Source: an uncultured Methanosarcinaceae archaeon
Lineage (GTDB): Archaea; Halobacteriota; Methanosarcinia; Methanosarcinales; Methanosarcinaceae
DNA: 64,000 nucleotides
Assembly: GCA_963833425.1 (NCBI GenBank)
Contig: CAWHXP010000003.1
Location: 288,001-352,000, forward strand
Direction: 5' to 3'
Part shown: in pieces, positions 34,392 through 45,935 of the stretch
Layout of the letters: each line of letters starts with the position of its first letter
Numbering within the stretch: position 1 is the first letter of the stretch
Made by a program: the position numbers and the translations under genes
The notes under the pieces: model-generated
The model's input: only the letters and a program-made list of their open reading frames with translations
What the model was told of the DNA's origin: nothing
Database searches by the model: none

Positions 34392-35342
34392 ATGAAATAT
34401 ACGACTTATATTGCCATAGGAGTGGTGATCCTTATTGCCCTCTTTTCTTTTATAGCAATAAACGGATCTCACCCAAGTACTTTTGACGCCAATAATAATT
34501 CCGTTGCTACCAATACTACAAAAACCATACAAATTGTTGCCGCTGAAAATTTTTGGGGTAGCCTGGCATATCAAATTGGTGGAACGCGTGTCAAAGTGTT
34601 GAGCATAGTTTCGGATCCCAATGCCGATCCACATGAATACGAAAGCAACACTGAAAATGCGCGTGCATTTGCCATAGCAGACTATATAGTTGTTAACGGA
34701 GCTGGATATGATAGCTGGGCTAACAAGCTTATTGGAGCTGGTGTTAAATCGAACTGCAAAATTTTGAACGTGGCAGAGCTTCTTGGAAAAAAAGAGGGTG
34801 ATAATCCTCATTTATGGTATAACCCTGATTATGTGAACCTGACCGCGAAACAGATGAAAGAGGATCTTATCTCTATCGATCCGACCAATGCTGCATATTA
34901 TGAACAGAATTACGTAAGCTTGCAATTATCGCTTTCAAAATACCAAAATAGAATCATTGAGATCAAACAACAATTCAGAGGCACGAAAGTAGCAGCCACA
35001 GAAAATATCTTTGCATACCTGGCAAACGCTACAGGTCTTGACCTTGTTTCACCTCCTGCGTTTACTCAAGCTGTTGCCGAGGTGAACGACCCGCCAGCAG
35101 AGAGCATTGTACAATTTGAGACACAGCTTAAGAGCGGAAATGTGAGTGTGCTGGTCTATAACCAGCAAACTGTAACGCCGATTACGAATAATATGAAGAA
35201 ACTGGCTACGGAAGAAGGCATACCACCAATTGGTATCACAGAAACTATACAGCCGCCAGATGTTTCGTTCCAAAAGTGGATGAACTCAGAATTAATCTCT
35301 CTTCAGAACGCACTAAATGCGAAAGCGCTAGGGAAAAGATAA
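34392..35342 (+). CDS. Zn/Mn ABC transporter substrate-binding protein
   Basis: N-terminal anchor, AAENFWG, DPHEYE, NGAGYD.W, NPHLWY metal-binding motifs. Confidence 0.92.
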   Translation: MKYTTYIAIGVVILIALFSFIAINGSHPSTFDANNNSVATNTTKTIQIVAAENFWGSLAYQIGGTRVKVLSIVSDPNADPHEYESNTENARAFAIADYIVVNGAGYDSWANKLIGAGVKSNCKILNVAELLGKKEGDNPHLWYNPDYVNLTAKQMKEDLISIDPTNAAYYEQNYVSLQLSLSKYQNRIIEIKQQFRGTKVAATENIFAYLANATGLDLVSPPAFTQAVAEVNDPPAESIVQFETQLKSGNVSVLVYNQQTVTPITNNMKKLATEEGIPPIGITETIQPPDVSFQKWMNSELISLQNALNAKALGKR

Positions 35343-36140
35343 ATGAACGCAAACTATTCTAACATTATTACAGTTGAAAACTTGGCGGCCGGATACCAGA
35401 ACAATATCGTTTGGCAGGACGCCAATTTTACTATAGACCACGGCGAGTTCGTAGCGATCATCGGTCCCAATGGATCGGGAAAAACAACCCTGTTTCGTTT
35501 GCTTCTCGGGATGCAACAACCTATTCGAGGCAACATTAAGATATTTAATACCCTGCCTAAACGCGGCAATCCACATATAGGTTTCGTGCCACAGAGACAC
35601 TTAATTGATCCAGAAATGACTATCGAATCCCTTGAATTGATAAGACTCGGATTTTCCGGAAAAAGGTGGGGTTTTAATCCATTTTCCCAAAAAGATCGCG
35701 AATACGCTCATGATGCGCTAAAAGCCGTTGGAGCAGAAGCTCTAGCTCATCGTTCCCTAGGCGTATTGTCGGGCGGAGAATTGCAGCGGGTATTTCTAGC
35801 TGAAGCGTTGGTCAGCGACCCCGATTTATTATTGCTCGATGAACCATTGTCAAACCTTGATATTAGAGCTGAGCAAGAATTGGTGCAGCTTATCGATAAT
35901 GTGGTTCGGGCGCGCAATGCAACAGCATTGCTTATCGCTCACAATATTAATCCCCTCCTGCAGGTTCTTGACAAAGTGATTTATATAGTCAACGGTAAGG
36001 TGGCGATCGGCAAGCCTAAAGAAGTCCTAACGTCGGAATCTCTATCAGCTCTATATGGGACCCAGGTTGAGGTCCTGCGTGGTTCTCAGGGCCAGGTCGC
36101 AGTGATAGGTATCGAAGAAAACCAGCATCATTATGATTAA
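35343..36140 (+). CDS. Zn/Mn ABC transporter ATP-binding protein
   Basis: GPNGSGKTT, LSGGELQR, LLLDEP. Confidence 0.92.
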   Translation: MNANYSNIITVENLAAGYQNNIVWQDANFTIDHGEFVAIIGPNGSGKTTLFRLLLGMQQPIRGNIKIFNTLPKRGNPHIGFVPQRHLIDPEMTIESLELIRLGFSGKRWGFNPFSQKDREYAHDALKAVGAEALAHRSLGVLSGGELQRVFLAEALVSDPDLLLLDEPLSNLDIRAEQELVQLIDNVVRARNATALLIAHNINPLLQVLDKVIYIVNGKVAIGKPKEVLTSESLSALYGTQVEVLRGSQGQVAVIGIEENQHHYD

Positions 36141-36990
36141 TATGTCATTTAGTATTAATTTATTAGCTGACCTGCAGGAAATGTTGCAGTACAGATTTAT
36201 GCAGCATGCCTTCGAGGCTGGAACTATAGTTGCGATTATCGCAGGCATCGTAGGTTACTTTATAGTGCTTCGTCACTCATCGTTCGCAGCGCACGCCCTG
36301 GCTCACATTGGCTTTGCAGGAGCAGCAGGCGCAGTACTCTGTGGGATCACTCCTATAATAGGCCTTCTACTGTTCACGAGCTGTGGAGGTATTGCGATAG
36401 CATTACTTGGTCGTCACGCAGCTTCGCGCGACACTCAAATTGGGATAGTCCTTTCATTCATGCTTGGCCTTGGTGTTCTGTTCATTAACCTATATAGTGG
36501 CTATGCAACCCAAGCATACTCTATTTTGTTTGGAGAAATATTGGGTATTAGTAACAATGATGTCATTGTAACACTTGTTGCCAGCCTGGTGATTCTTATT
36601 TCAATCGGGATTGTATATCGACCACTCTTATTTTCATCTCTTGACGAAGAAGTAGCAGAAGTAAAAGGATTGCCTACGCTTTTGCTTGGAATGATTTTCA
36701 TGCTTATGGTCGCGGTTGCGACATCTTTCGCCGTTCAAGTAGTTGGTGTCCTTCTTATTTTCTCATTAATGATCACCACAGCAGCGATAGCTCATAGATT
36801 TGCAAAACGGCCCAAACAAGGTATAATGATCTCCATATTTATTGCTCTAATATCTACGTGGCTCGGACTTTTTATTTCGTTTTATGAGCCTTACCCAGTG
36901 AGCTTTTTTATAACTAGCATAGTATTCGTTCTTTACATTATTACTCTAATTTTTCAGAGAATTAAAGCCAATTCGAAATTCATCACTTAA
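36133..36990 (+). CDS. Zn/Mn ABC transporter permease (ABC-3)
   Basis: FMQHAF, HALAHIGFAGAAGA, LFGEILG, VGVLL. Confidence 0.92.
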   Translation: MINMSFSINLLADLQEMLQYRFMQHAFEAGTIVAIIAGIVGYFIVLRHSSFAAHALAHIGFAGAAGAVLCGITPIIGLLLFTSCGGIAIALLGRHAASRDTQIGIVLSFMLGLGVLFINLYSGYATQAYSILFGEILGISNNDVIVTLVASLVILISIGIVYRPLLFSSLDEEVAEVKGLPTLLLGMIFMLMVAVATSFAVQVVGVLLIFSLMITTAAIAHRFAKRPKQGIMISIFIALISTWLGLFISFYEPYPVSFFITSIVFVLYIITLIFQRIKANSKFIT

Positions 36991-37095
36991 TAATGATTAA
37001 GTGTTAATTTTTTTTGATAATTATACCAGGATCGATAACTTCGCATTTAAATAAATTTATAGATATATATTAAATTTATAAATATAAATGTTCAC

Positions 37096-37234
37096 AACCG
37101 ACTGCCATTGAGTACAAAGTATAGAAATTTGCTGCCTATTTCAACTATCTTATCCACTAAAAGTTAGATTAATTTTTAAATTACTTTTTCTTGAGAAAAT
37201 ATATGACATTCTGTATACATCTGCAGAAAGTGAG
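37096..37234. mobile_element. ~139-bp MITE-like element, family C
   Basis: Right end gtatacatctgcagaaagtgag; full-length reverse-complement match to 341-478. Confidence 0.65.
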
Positions 37235-37649
37235 TTGAATTGGATTCTTAGAAAATGGGATTTTTCTATTCAATCATTTATTAAGAGTTACAACTTCATA
37301 AAAAAATTATGAATCCAACTGCCTAATGGAAGGAGTGAAGCTCTGGCTTAGTATGTAATCTTTTAATAGTAGTTTGCAGAAGGTACAAAGCTTTTTAGGA
37401 AAAAATAGATATTAAATAATGATTAAGTTTTAGCGATTTTAAAATCCATACTTTACTATAAAGAGCCTAGTATAATTATCTTTAACCTAGATATGAGGGG
37501 GTATACCCATATATGCCTATGGAAATACTACCATACTTTTTCAGGAGTGATACTTTAAAGTTTAGAGATCAGATCTTATTAAATAAAGATCTCGACAACT
37601 AAGACTGCAAATTGAGACAAAAAAATTAGGAAAGAAAATCTCTTAAATT

Positions 37650-39251
37650 TTAACGAGTAAGTCCTATCCTTTCATTCCTTTTCTTTTCAGTCTGCATGTC
37701 AAAAAGCATTCCGAAAAGAAGCATTTGAAGTCCTGCACCCAATACAAGGAAGCCAAGAAGAGGATAATAGGGGGGTAGGGAATTATGCAATAGCATCTGC
37801 AGAAAACCCCATAGTCCCAAAAAAAAGCCTACAGGTAGGGCAATCATTCCAATGAAGTAGAATAATACCAGAGGATGGAAATCTAGCACAGTATATTTTA
37901 TTCTTAACCTCCATAGAAAGCCCCTGAAAATCATGGGAGCTACTTTTTGAATAAACTTGCAGTATCGGATCTTGGATTTTTCTCTGCCGTAACGGGCGGG
38001 TATTACCACATCCATTACTCTCATTCCAAAAGCATTAAGCTTAATTAGCAAATCGTTACAATAACCATAATAAGGATAAACTGAATCTAGGTCTATAACC
38101 TCAAGGGCCTGCCTGGAAATAGCTGTATATCCGTTCTGGGGGTCCATAACCTGCCAGTAACCGCTGCTTATTTTTGTGATAAAACTAAGAAGAAGGTTTC
38201 CAAAAGATCTCCATTTGCTCATTCCGATCATAAAATTCTCGGAAAGTAGCCTATTGCCCTTTGTATAATCAGCTTTCCCCTCAATTATTGGGAAAATTAA
38301 CCTGGGGAGCTGAGCAGGATCCATTTGATTGTCTCCGGCCATAACAGCAACTATATCCATTTCATCTTTAAGGGCAAGTTTATACCCATCTATGATTCCT
38401 GCACCTACGCCTTTGTTAAACTCATGTCGGAGGTAAACTATCCTAGGATCTCCGAACTTTTTTACAATCTCACCAGTGCGATCTATACTACCATCATCGA
38501 TTACATAGATTTTATCTACATATTCAGGTATCCCTCTAAGAGTCTCACCTATGAGCAGTTCTTCATTATATGCAGGTACGACGACTCCTATACGCGTATT
38601 CTCAAGCTTTCTGAATATGGGATCAACATCGAAGCTCAGGTAATTTACTTTAAGCTTCTCAGTTTTCGCCGCATATAGCAGGGATTTTAAAGACAAATGC
38701 TCTTTGTCTAAACTTATTTGCTGCAGGGAATCTGAGGTTACGGCAAAGAAACCGATTTTCTCCTTAAAAGTATTTTTTCCATTAAGAAGCATCACTGTTT
38801 CTTGCTCACAGGATACACGGCAGGGCCAGGAGCCTACAGACAAATCAAAACCTTGCTTTATTGGCTCAAGAACATGTGAGAGAAGATCTATATCCTGCAT
38901 GCATTCGGGATAAATAAGGACTACAATATCAGAATCAATAGATGATTTATAAATAACTTGAAGCAGTGATTCCTCTCCGCCTGTTAGAGGAATAACTCTT
39001 GCCCCTCCTAGAGCCGCTACTTCCATAGTTCGATCGGTAGAACCGCGATCAAGTATGAGTACACGGTCAGCATAACTTGCCGCTAATAAGACTTTACTTC
39101 CAATGGAAGCTTCCTCGTTTTGAGTTGGAATCAAAACAGTAAACTCATGTCTGAGAAGCCTATCGATAAGTTGAGATCGTGAAGATGTCATACTAATTGG
39201 GTCGGAAATTAGCAAATTTGAATCAAGTGTAAGGACTGAAAACAAACCCAA
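37650..39251 (-). CDS. Glycosyltransferase family 2 with tandem GT-A domains and C-terminal TM helices
   Basis: Degenerate N-terminal IPTQNEE..DRGSTD domain and canonical VVVPAYNEE..IDDGS.D..GDNQMDP domain. Confidence 0.85.
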   Translation of the reverse strand: MGLFSVLTLDSNLLISDPISMTSSRSQLIDRLLRHEFTVLIPTQNEEASIGSKVLLAASYADRVLILDRGSTDRTMEVAALGGARVIPLTGGEESLLQVIYKSSIDSDIVVLIYPECMQDIDLLSHVLEPIKQGFDLSVGSWPCRVSCEQETVMLLNGKNTFKEKIGFFAVTSDSLQQISLDKEHLSLKSLLYAAKTEKLKVNYLSFDVDPIFRKLENTRIGVVVPAYNEELLIGETLRGIPEYVDKIYVIDDGSIDRTGEIVKKFGDPRIVYLRHEFNKGVGAGIIDGYKLALKDEMDIVAVMAGDNQMDPAQLPRLIFPIIEGKADYTKGNRLLSENFMIGMSKWRSFGNLLLSFITKISSGYWQVMDPQNGYTAISRQALEVIDLDSVYPYYGYCNDLLIKLNAFGMRVMDVVIPARYGREKSKIRYCKFIQKVAPMIFRGFLWRLRIKYTVLDFHPLVLFYFIGMIALPVGFFLGLWGFLQMLLHNSLPPYYPLLGFLVLGAGLQMLLFGMLFDMQTEKKRNERIGLTR

Positions 39252-39840
39252 TCTACCCCCTTATGCATTTGCATATGCTATACCCCCTCTATGTGTATGA
39301 ATACAAAAATATTAAATGTAATCATACAAAAAATTATTAGACGCCGGACTATATAAAGTTAACACCTGACTTAATTTAATGTAACCAAAATATTATGAAT
39401 TAAATAAAAAGTAATATTTTGTCCCATCCAATGAGTTCTCATAACAGAAGAAAAGCTAAATCAATTGGGTAAGACTTTAATGCATATGATATTTGGAACA
39501 AAAGACCAACAATTCAATAATAAATTACAAATGATGACATTAATAAGCTTATTTGCGATTGAAGGTAACATTTGGCTAAGAGATACAGTATCCTTACCAA
39601 TAATTACTAAGATTTACTGAGCGAATTTAGGTCAGCTGACTTTAATTAACTCTCGGCTAGTTATAATTTTTTCAGATAGTTAGTAACCAGACTATATATA
39701 GGATCAAACTAGACTTTTGCTAACTTATTTATGGCAAGCTTAATAGCTGTATTAGAGTCTCTTAATCTACCTAAATCCATAGCTTAGATGCTATCTAGAA
39801 GAAGTTTTTTGTTCAAATTAGTTCTCCCTAACATTATAAA

Positions 39841-39930
39841 TGAATTTTCGAGAGTTGATTATTTTGGTAAAATAAAAATCTAAACAGGAACATAATAAAT
39901 AGTGAAAATTTGATGTTCATCGAAATCTTC
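39841..39930. mobile_element. ~89-bp MITE, family A, degenerate
   Basis: Right part gtgaaaatttgatgttcatcgaaatcttc matches the family A right half; left end gaattttcga. Confidence 0.45.
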
Positions 39931-40399
39931 TTTACAGTTTAATCAGGGTTCTATGCACACATGTGAACTATAAAATCCATATTCACATGCATTCAGGGCT
40001 TAAAAAAATCTTCACATGAAAAAAACAATTGCGTATTCCATGAAGATAGGGAAAAAGAATAAAATAATAACATTTTCTCAGGTAACACAAATGTCATTAT
40101 CAAGAGCTTTTTTCCTAAATAATTCATAAAACCGAAAATTTAGATTGTGTCCTAGATAATACCAAGAACTTGAAAGCTATAACCCGCTTTGAACTTGGGG
40201 GGCGAAGAGTCCAAGGTATAAAACAAGTGAATTGATACTATAGAAAAAAAATATTAATATAGAGCTAAAAGTTTCGTTTGAAGAAGATTATTCATTAAAG
40301 GTAAAAATTATACAGTTTCAAGCCCTGAACGATTTAGTTCTCAATTTATCAAATATTTAAATAAATTTTGGTTGTTTTTTTGTTTGTTTAGACATATAG

Positions 40400-40800
40400 A
40401 TGTTCTAACTCTGTTCATTTTTACTTAAATAGCCATCCAAAAAATCCAGTATTATTCTTAGCAATTCCAATCGATGTAAATCTCCAAATAAGTACATAAC
40501 ATATTTTATCTAAGACTTTTTTCCTTTTTGGTGTTTTTTAGCATCGAACAACTGTTCTATTTCCTGGCCTTATGCCTCAATTTTCCAGAATTTGTTAGCC
40601 AAGTTTCTCTTTTAAATTCATATTATCAATACATTTGGACCAAATGTTGCTGGTCTTCTTCTTTTGAAGTATCCTAAATTATTCTCACAAACCAAAGCTT
40701 TAATATAAACCACAATTACTCAATAAGGGATTTTAACTTTTTCGAGCGGCACATTTTTCGTATTATCCGGACTCAAAAATCTTGCTCATCTAATCTCAAA
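40400..40800 (-). mobile_element. IS701-family transposase remnant
   Basis: Degenerate PDNTKNVPLE, VVYIKA, KFWKIE, LHRLELLRI; homologous to 6722-7330. Confidence 0.6.
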
Positions 40801-40967
40801 TAAGATAGCTATTGATATTGTTTTATCCAAAATAAATGATTACAAAAATACTATTAATTTCGCTATAGCATTAGTTAGAAAAGCTGGCTTGAAGTTGACA
40901 TAAAAAAGCTATTAAAAGGAATTAATAGAAATACCTTCATACAGAGATTTAACGAATGGGGTAAAAG

Positions 40968-41267
40968 ATGATGCCTACAAAAGAAGAGATCGAAGGCCAA
41001 ATTATGCAACTTTGGGATGAAATATTTACGCTCGAAGACAAATGTAAGGAAGAATTAGATATCAAATGTGCAGAATGGCGGAAAGTAGAACCATTATTGG
41101 ATAAAGGCATAGATGCAGTGTTAGTACATATAGAGTCAATGAAAGGAATTAGCTCTGAAAGTCTACTAATCTATAAAGAAGTCAAAGAAATCAAAGAAAG
41201 ATATAAACAAAAGATGGATGAAAAACATGCAAAAATAGATGCTCTGAATAAAGAGGAGAAATGCTAA
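40968..41267 (+). CDS. Hypothetical helical, charged protein (99 aa)
   Basis: Open frame with GGGGT RBS, E/K-rich heptad-like pattern; no recognised family. Confidence 0.6.
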   Translation: MMPTKEEIEGQIMQLWDEIFTLEDKCKEELDIKCAEWRKVEPLLDKGIDAVLVHIESMKGISSESLLIYKEVKEIKERYKQKMDEKHAKIDALNKEEKC

Positions 41268-41692
41268 AAGATATATTGGTTAGCTTTTTAAAAATATGAA
41301 GGAAAAAATCTAACCAATCTTCATTGTCTATATAAGGCATAGAAAAAATAAAAAAGAAAATGAAAATTTTTCATGATTCATGCATACACCATAGGCTCAT
41401 AAGGGTTTTTTAACATAGTAAGAACCTTAAAGAACTTTTGAGCATTTTTTTCATGAATTATTTTGACAATCCGAACATTATTTATCCTTTTTTAATAGAA
41501 AAAGTATTATTATGAAACATCAGCCTGAAAGATCTGTCTTTAGTAACTGTATCGTATGTAACTTATTATGGGTATAAACCGTGTTTGAAGACATAATAAA
41601 TTGGATCATCAGGAATTTTAAGATATATAGGAGCAAATAATAAATTACTCCTCAAATAAAAATTTGTGAATTTTTACTTTTTTCTCTGAAAA

Positions 41693-41888
41693 GGTAGTGT
41701 AGCTAAAGTTCTGTAAAATATAATTGGCTATATTTATCTTTTTCTTTCACAACAAAAAGTAGAATATAGGGACAATAGTTTTGCTGACCAGATTCTGTAT
41801 ATATTGGTTTTACTGATATTGGAATTTAAGGTAAAACCTAAGTATGTCCTCTACAACAACTTTCTTTTACCATTTTTTTTGCACTACT
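41693..41888. mobile_element. ~195-bp element with IS256-type ends
   Basis: ggtagtgtagctaaagttctgtaaa / tttaccattttttttgcactact resemble the termini at 24617 and 25853. Confidence 0.5.
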
Positions 41889-42179
41889 ATTACGCTCACA
41901 AACCTGCAAGGATATAAAAACGCATATCAATAAATGTATAAAAAACTAGTTTATTTTCAGTCCAATTTGCGATTGTTTTGTAAGTCTGATATTAACTGTT
42001 GCCTCATTTTCATGATTATACCTGCCGAATGTTCACTGATTAAGATGTGGTAACTTACCTTATAATAGTGATATATAATATAACTAATTCCTTACATATC
42101 GATCTTATGAAATTTCTATAACTTCAATGCATTTGACCACATTTTGTTTAAAATTTAGGGAGAATCAGAACAAATTAAA

Positions 42180-42863
42180 AAGAGTCTGACATTCCAGCGA
42201 ATATCTAGCAGTTTATTTCCCTTCTTCTGGAATTGTATGCCATCTTCACTCCATCGCATCCCACTTCTTCACACTTAAAAAATTGATTACTGGCTCAAAT
42301 TATGTTGGCAAGTTGGCGTTTACGTCCATTAGTGGTGATATTCGGATTTCATTTAAATCCTGCTCAACTCTTCCACCGATTTCAGATGAAACCCCATAAC
42401 AAATTAGCCGTATAGAGAAATAGTAAATGAGAGCACAGTGCTAGATCGATCTCTTTGTCACCGAAAGGTAGCAAGAGTAGTTTCAGGGACGTATCTCTTC
42501 TGGATTGTGTCTTTTGTGAAATCTTCCAGAAATTTCGCCATAGCTAACATCCTGATCATCTCGAGCTTCTTAACCGAGCCGAATCTTGCCGAACTAATTT
42601 ATTACAGTTTCTTCAGGTCTGGTTAATAATTTAATCATGTTCTTCAACAATCCGCATTTAATCTGGTAAGCGCTGAAAATAGTAAACAAGATAGATAGAT
42701 ATGACATTTCCACCTCGCTCTATAAACTCTGACTTGAAACTTGTTGGTCTATATCAACAGTCCATTATCTTTCGTTTGAGATCAATAGGAGTCAGACTGA
42801 ACACCCTGAAGTACTCATCTAAAGATCTACCCATGAATTTTTATCACGGTATTTTATTATCAT
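42180..42863 (-). pseudogene. SAM-dependent methyltransferase remnant
   Basis: Degenerate GRSLDEYFRVF, LPFGDKEIDLALCSHLLFLY, EIRISPL, QKKGNKLL with stops and frameshifts. Confidence 0.75.
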
Positions 42864-43151
42864 ACAGTGCACTTTAATGCACTTAATTGCAGTTGATATC
42901 AAATTATTTTTACATTTGTTTTGAATAATTATATTTTGGAATTTGTAGTATAACTATTTAAATAAAAATAGATGTATTATTTTTTTTAAAATTTGACTAA
43001 AAATATCCTTTGATTTTGGCTGAAACTGGAAATAGGCTATATTTCACTTTGAAACTTATGCATAAAATGTGCATTTTTTTTCAATTTCTGGAAGAAAGAT
43101 TCGAATATCTCAGAGCCCGTCTTAAATTAGGTTTGATTCTACATTTTAGGT

Positions 43152-43260
43152 AGGAATTACGCATTTAACTAAAAAAGGAGCACTAAACCGTTAAATGTCT
43201 TAAATGTAAATGAAACATATGTCTAATGTTCTTAATTTTTACTTAAAGTTCGCAAGTCCT
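43152..43260. mobile_element. ~109-bp MITE, family B
   Basis: Ends aggaattacgca / tcgcaagtcct, flanked by t and a. Confidence 0.7.
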
Positions 43261-43281
43261 ATAGTACATAGACACGCCACT

Positions 43282-44133
43282 TTATTTCAATTCTCTAGGC
43301 CGTTTATGCATGGGTATCACTGGCAATTCTGTAATAGTTATCAAAATCGGGCTTTTGATATCTTTTGCTCTCTCAATCACAAGTTCTTTTCCTTTCTGCG
43401 TGATGACAAATAATGGGATCGCAGCTGCTACTTGAACTAATGGTTTCGCGAGTTCCCTTATGTGCTTAGAAGCGCAGCTGGTCACTAGATCTGAATTTTC
43501 CAGAAGACCTTGAGCTTCTTCCTTGCTGACGCCTGTAACATGTACAGCAATTACTATAAGATCAAGCTCGAGTTCGGCTTCGAGTTCTCTCAGTTTTTTT
43601 GCGGTTTTTGAATTAGCTACGGTTACTGCTATCCTTTTGTAACCAAGATCGGCAGCTTTTTGTACTCCACCGACAGAATCAATAGCTGCTGTTTTAGTGT
43701 TGAGAACAGTTCCGCCGAATTTTTGAATCCCATTTATAATATCTTCGATGGGCTCAGTTATTATCAAACCTGACATCCTGCCTCCTATACCCTGGACAAG
43801 ATCTGGATTATTAGATATGGACGGTGCCTGCTCCGTCGCAGGCAGTTACAGTTGCCTCAAGTGAACCACTGCGTAAACCAGACATCATCATTTCGGAGGC
43901 TCCAAAAGCCACAAAAGTATCATGTTCAAGAAGTTGGCGGTTGGCTGTGAACATTCCTAAGTTACTGATCTTGGACTCTACATTCTTTTTAACTTTTTCT
44001 GAAGTAATTTTCTGGACTCCACTTAACTTGGCAATGAGGGGCACCATTCGATTTCAGAATCTCCAACTTCGATGACTTCGCCATCCTTTATCACTACCCT
44101 TGTTTTCCCCATTATTTCCATTATATGAGACAT
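43282..44133 (-). pseudogene. Methanogenesis marker 8 protein (DUF2099), two single-base frameshifts
   Basis: MSHIMEIMGKTRVVIKDG..WCP | FGASEMMMSGL..TACDGAGTV | NPDLVQGIGGRMSG..VHVTG..SCASK; breaks at about 44038 and 43820. Confidence 0.85.
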
Positions 44134-44260
44134 GATTACACCTTTTAATTTAGCAAAAGCACGATTGTCAGGAAACTAAAATTCTATACGAAATTCAAGA
44201 ATCATGAGAATTCGATAAAAATAACATTTCAGGTTTATGACTGAGCCTATCCAAAACTTT

Positions 44261-44373
44261 AGGAGTATGCGGTAGAATAATAATATCAGGCACAAACAGC
44301 CTCATCTGAATACTGAGGTTTAAACATTTAAGCGTTTAAAGCTGCTGTTTTTCAGTTCAACCGCATAAGTCCT
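44261..44373. mobile_element. ~113-bp MITE, family B
   Basis: Ends aggagtatgcgg / ccgcataagtcct. Confidence 0.65.
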
Positions 44374-44685
44374 AAACTTGAAATTTGTTTCTTTAACATC
44401 TTATTTTGAATGATTGATCGAATTTCTTATCGTGAATGCATTCTGAAAGTCTCTAAGAATTAAAAATGAAAAAACTTTTAGGTAAAGCTTCCTAAATAAT
44501 TCTTCACTAAATTATCTGCTGCGCACTTTTGGATCTGATTTCAGCTTTGGAGGTAAGTTTGGTAGAATGCATAATTTTCTGTAAAATTTGCTCTGTACCT
44601 TTTAATCTTCTTTCTAGATAACTATTCTAGTACTAGCTTGTTTCATATGATCTAAGATGGATCTTAATTAAATATAACGATATAA

Positions 44686-45818
44686 GAGGATTTCGATAAA
44701 CTTCGGATTTTATTTCTTAGCAGGAATTTCTCAGATCTTCCCCTCAATTTCTCTATTTAATTCCTCTTTTTGGCTTTATTTATTCTCAATTCTTTGATTT
44801 TAAAGATAGCTTCCGCTATCTTCAATATACTTTTTTTATTTTCAATGTCCTCAATTGATGGGGATTATAACAAAAAGCCGTACACAACATTTTTAGATTT
44901 ACTCTTTTAACAGTAGTAACAAAAAATCTTCCTGCTTTGGAAATTTCTTTTGTTACTGAATAAACTCTTTCCCCTTGGACTCTTTTTGAGCTAATTCTCT
45001 TATTTCTTAATATATCCCTTATTCCCAGAGTATGTCTTTTGACTGCTCTTTTCATTGTTGCATTATACCCTTTCGTTTTTGCTCCAAAGTATCCTCTGTC
45101 CTTATAAACCACTTCATTTTCCTCTGTCAAATCTACATACGAATCATGTACTGACGCAGTTGTTGTTTGAATCTTCTGATCAGCTCACAATCTCTGTCTA
45201 TTATATTATGAAGCTTATATCCAAAGTGAGACTTACCTCCCTTCTTTGTCCATGTTCCTTCTCTGCTTCTTCTTGTTTTTGCCTCATCTCTCTGCTTTTG
45301 CATGTCCTGGATCTGAATGGATAAAAGTAGCATCCTGAATCATTCCCTGCTTTATCTGTAAACCCAGAGCAGCAAGTTGGCTTTGCAACTTTCCCCATAT
45401 TTTCTTTGAAATTCTCGATAATTCTTTCCCTAAATAGCCATACAGTAGTACTGTCAGGTACGTATTCCGGAAATCCAAGGAATTTCCTAAAAGAAATTCG
45501 ATCTATACACTGTTTCTCAAGTTCAAAATCAGAGAGACCATGCCATTGTTGTAAAACAAGCATTTTGAACATCACAATGACATCAGTTTCAGGTCTCCCT
45601 CTTGAAACGGTTTTGTTAATAGACATAGACTCAAGAATAATACGAAACTTTTTCCAATCAATTCAGGAAGCAATTTCAGCAAGCTTATCTCCAACAGATT
45701 TAAGACGTTTATACTCTTCTTTAAGAGCAAAATCAGTAAGAGTTTTCATGAATATAGATAAATATTGACAAATTTAAAGTCAACAATGCTCAAGAGCATG
45801 GAGTTTATCGAAATTCTC
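44686..45818 (-). mobile_element. IS5-family insertion sequence, full length, transposase frameshifted
   Basis: TIRs gaggatttcgataaac / gtttatcgaaattctc; motifs GRPETD, LQQWHGLSD, DRISFRKF, QDATF, FGYKLH, DRGY, ERVY in several frames. Confidence 0.93.
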
Positions 45819-45935
45819 TACAATTAGCAGAAAATAAAATGGAAAGGAAATAAATTCTAGTAAAAATAAGTCGAGTTCGAATGAAAACACTTTTAATTCT
45901 TTAAGCATTTTATTTGAAGAGTTCCATATTTGCTT

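Noticed and set aside
37495..39289. gagggggtata present in inverted orientation on both sides of the GT2 gene
   Set aside because: Only 11 bp, not terminal to any recognisable element; may be chance or RBS-like
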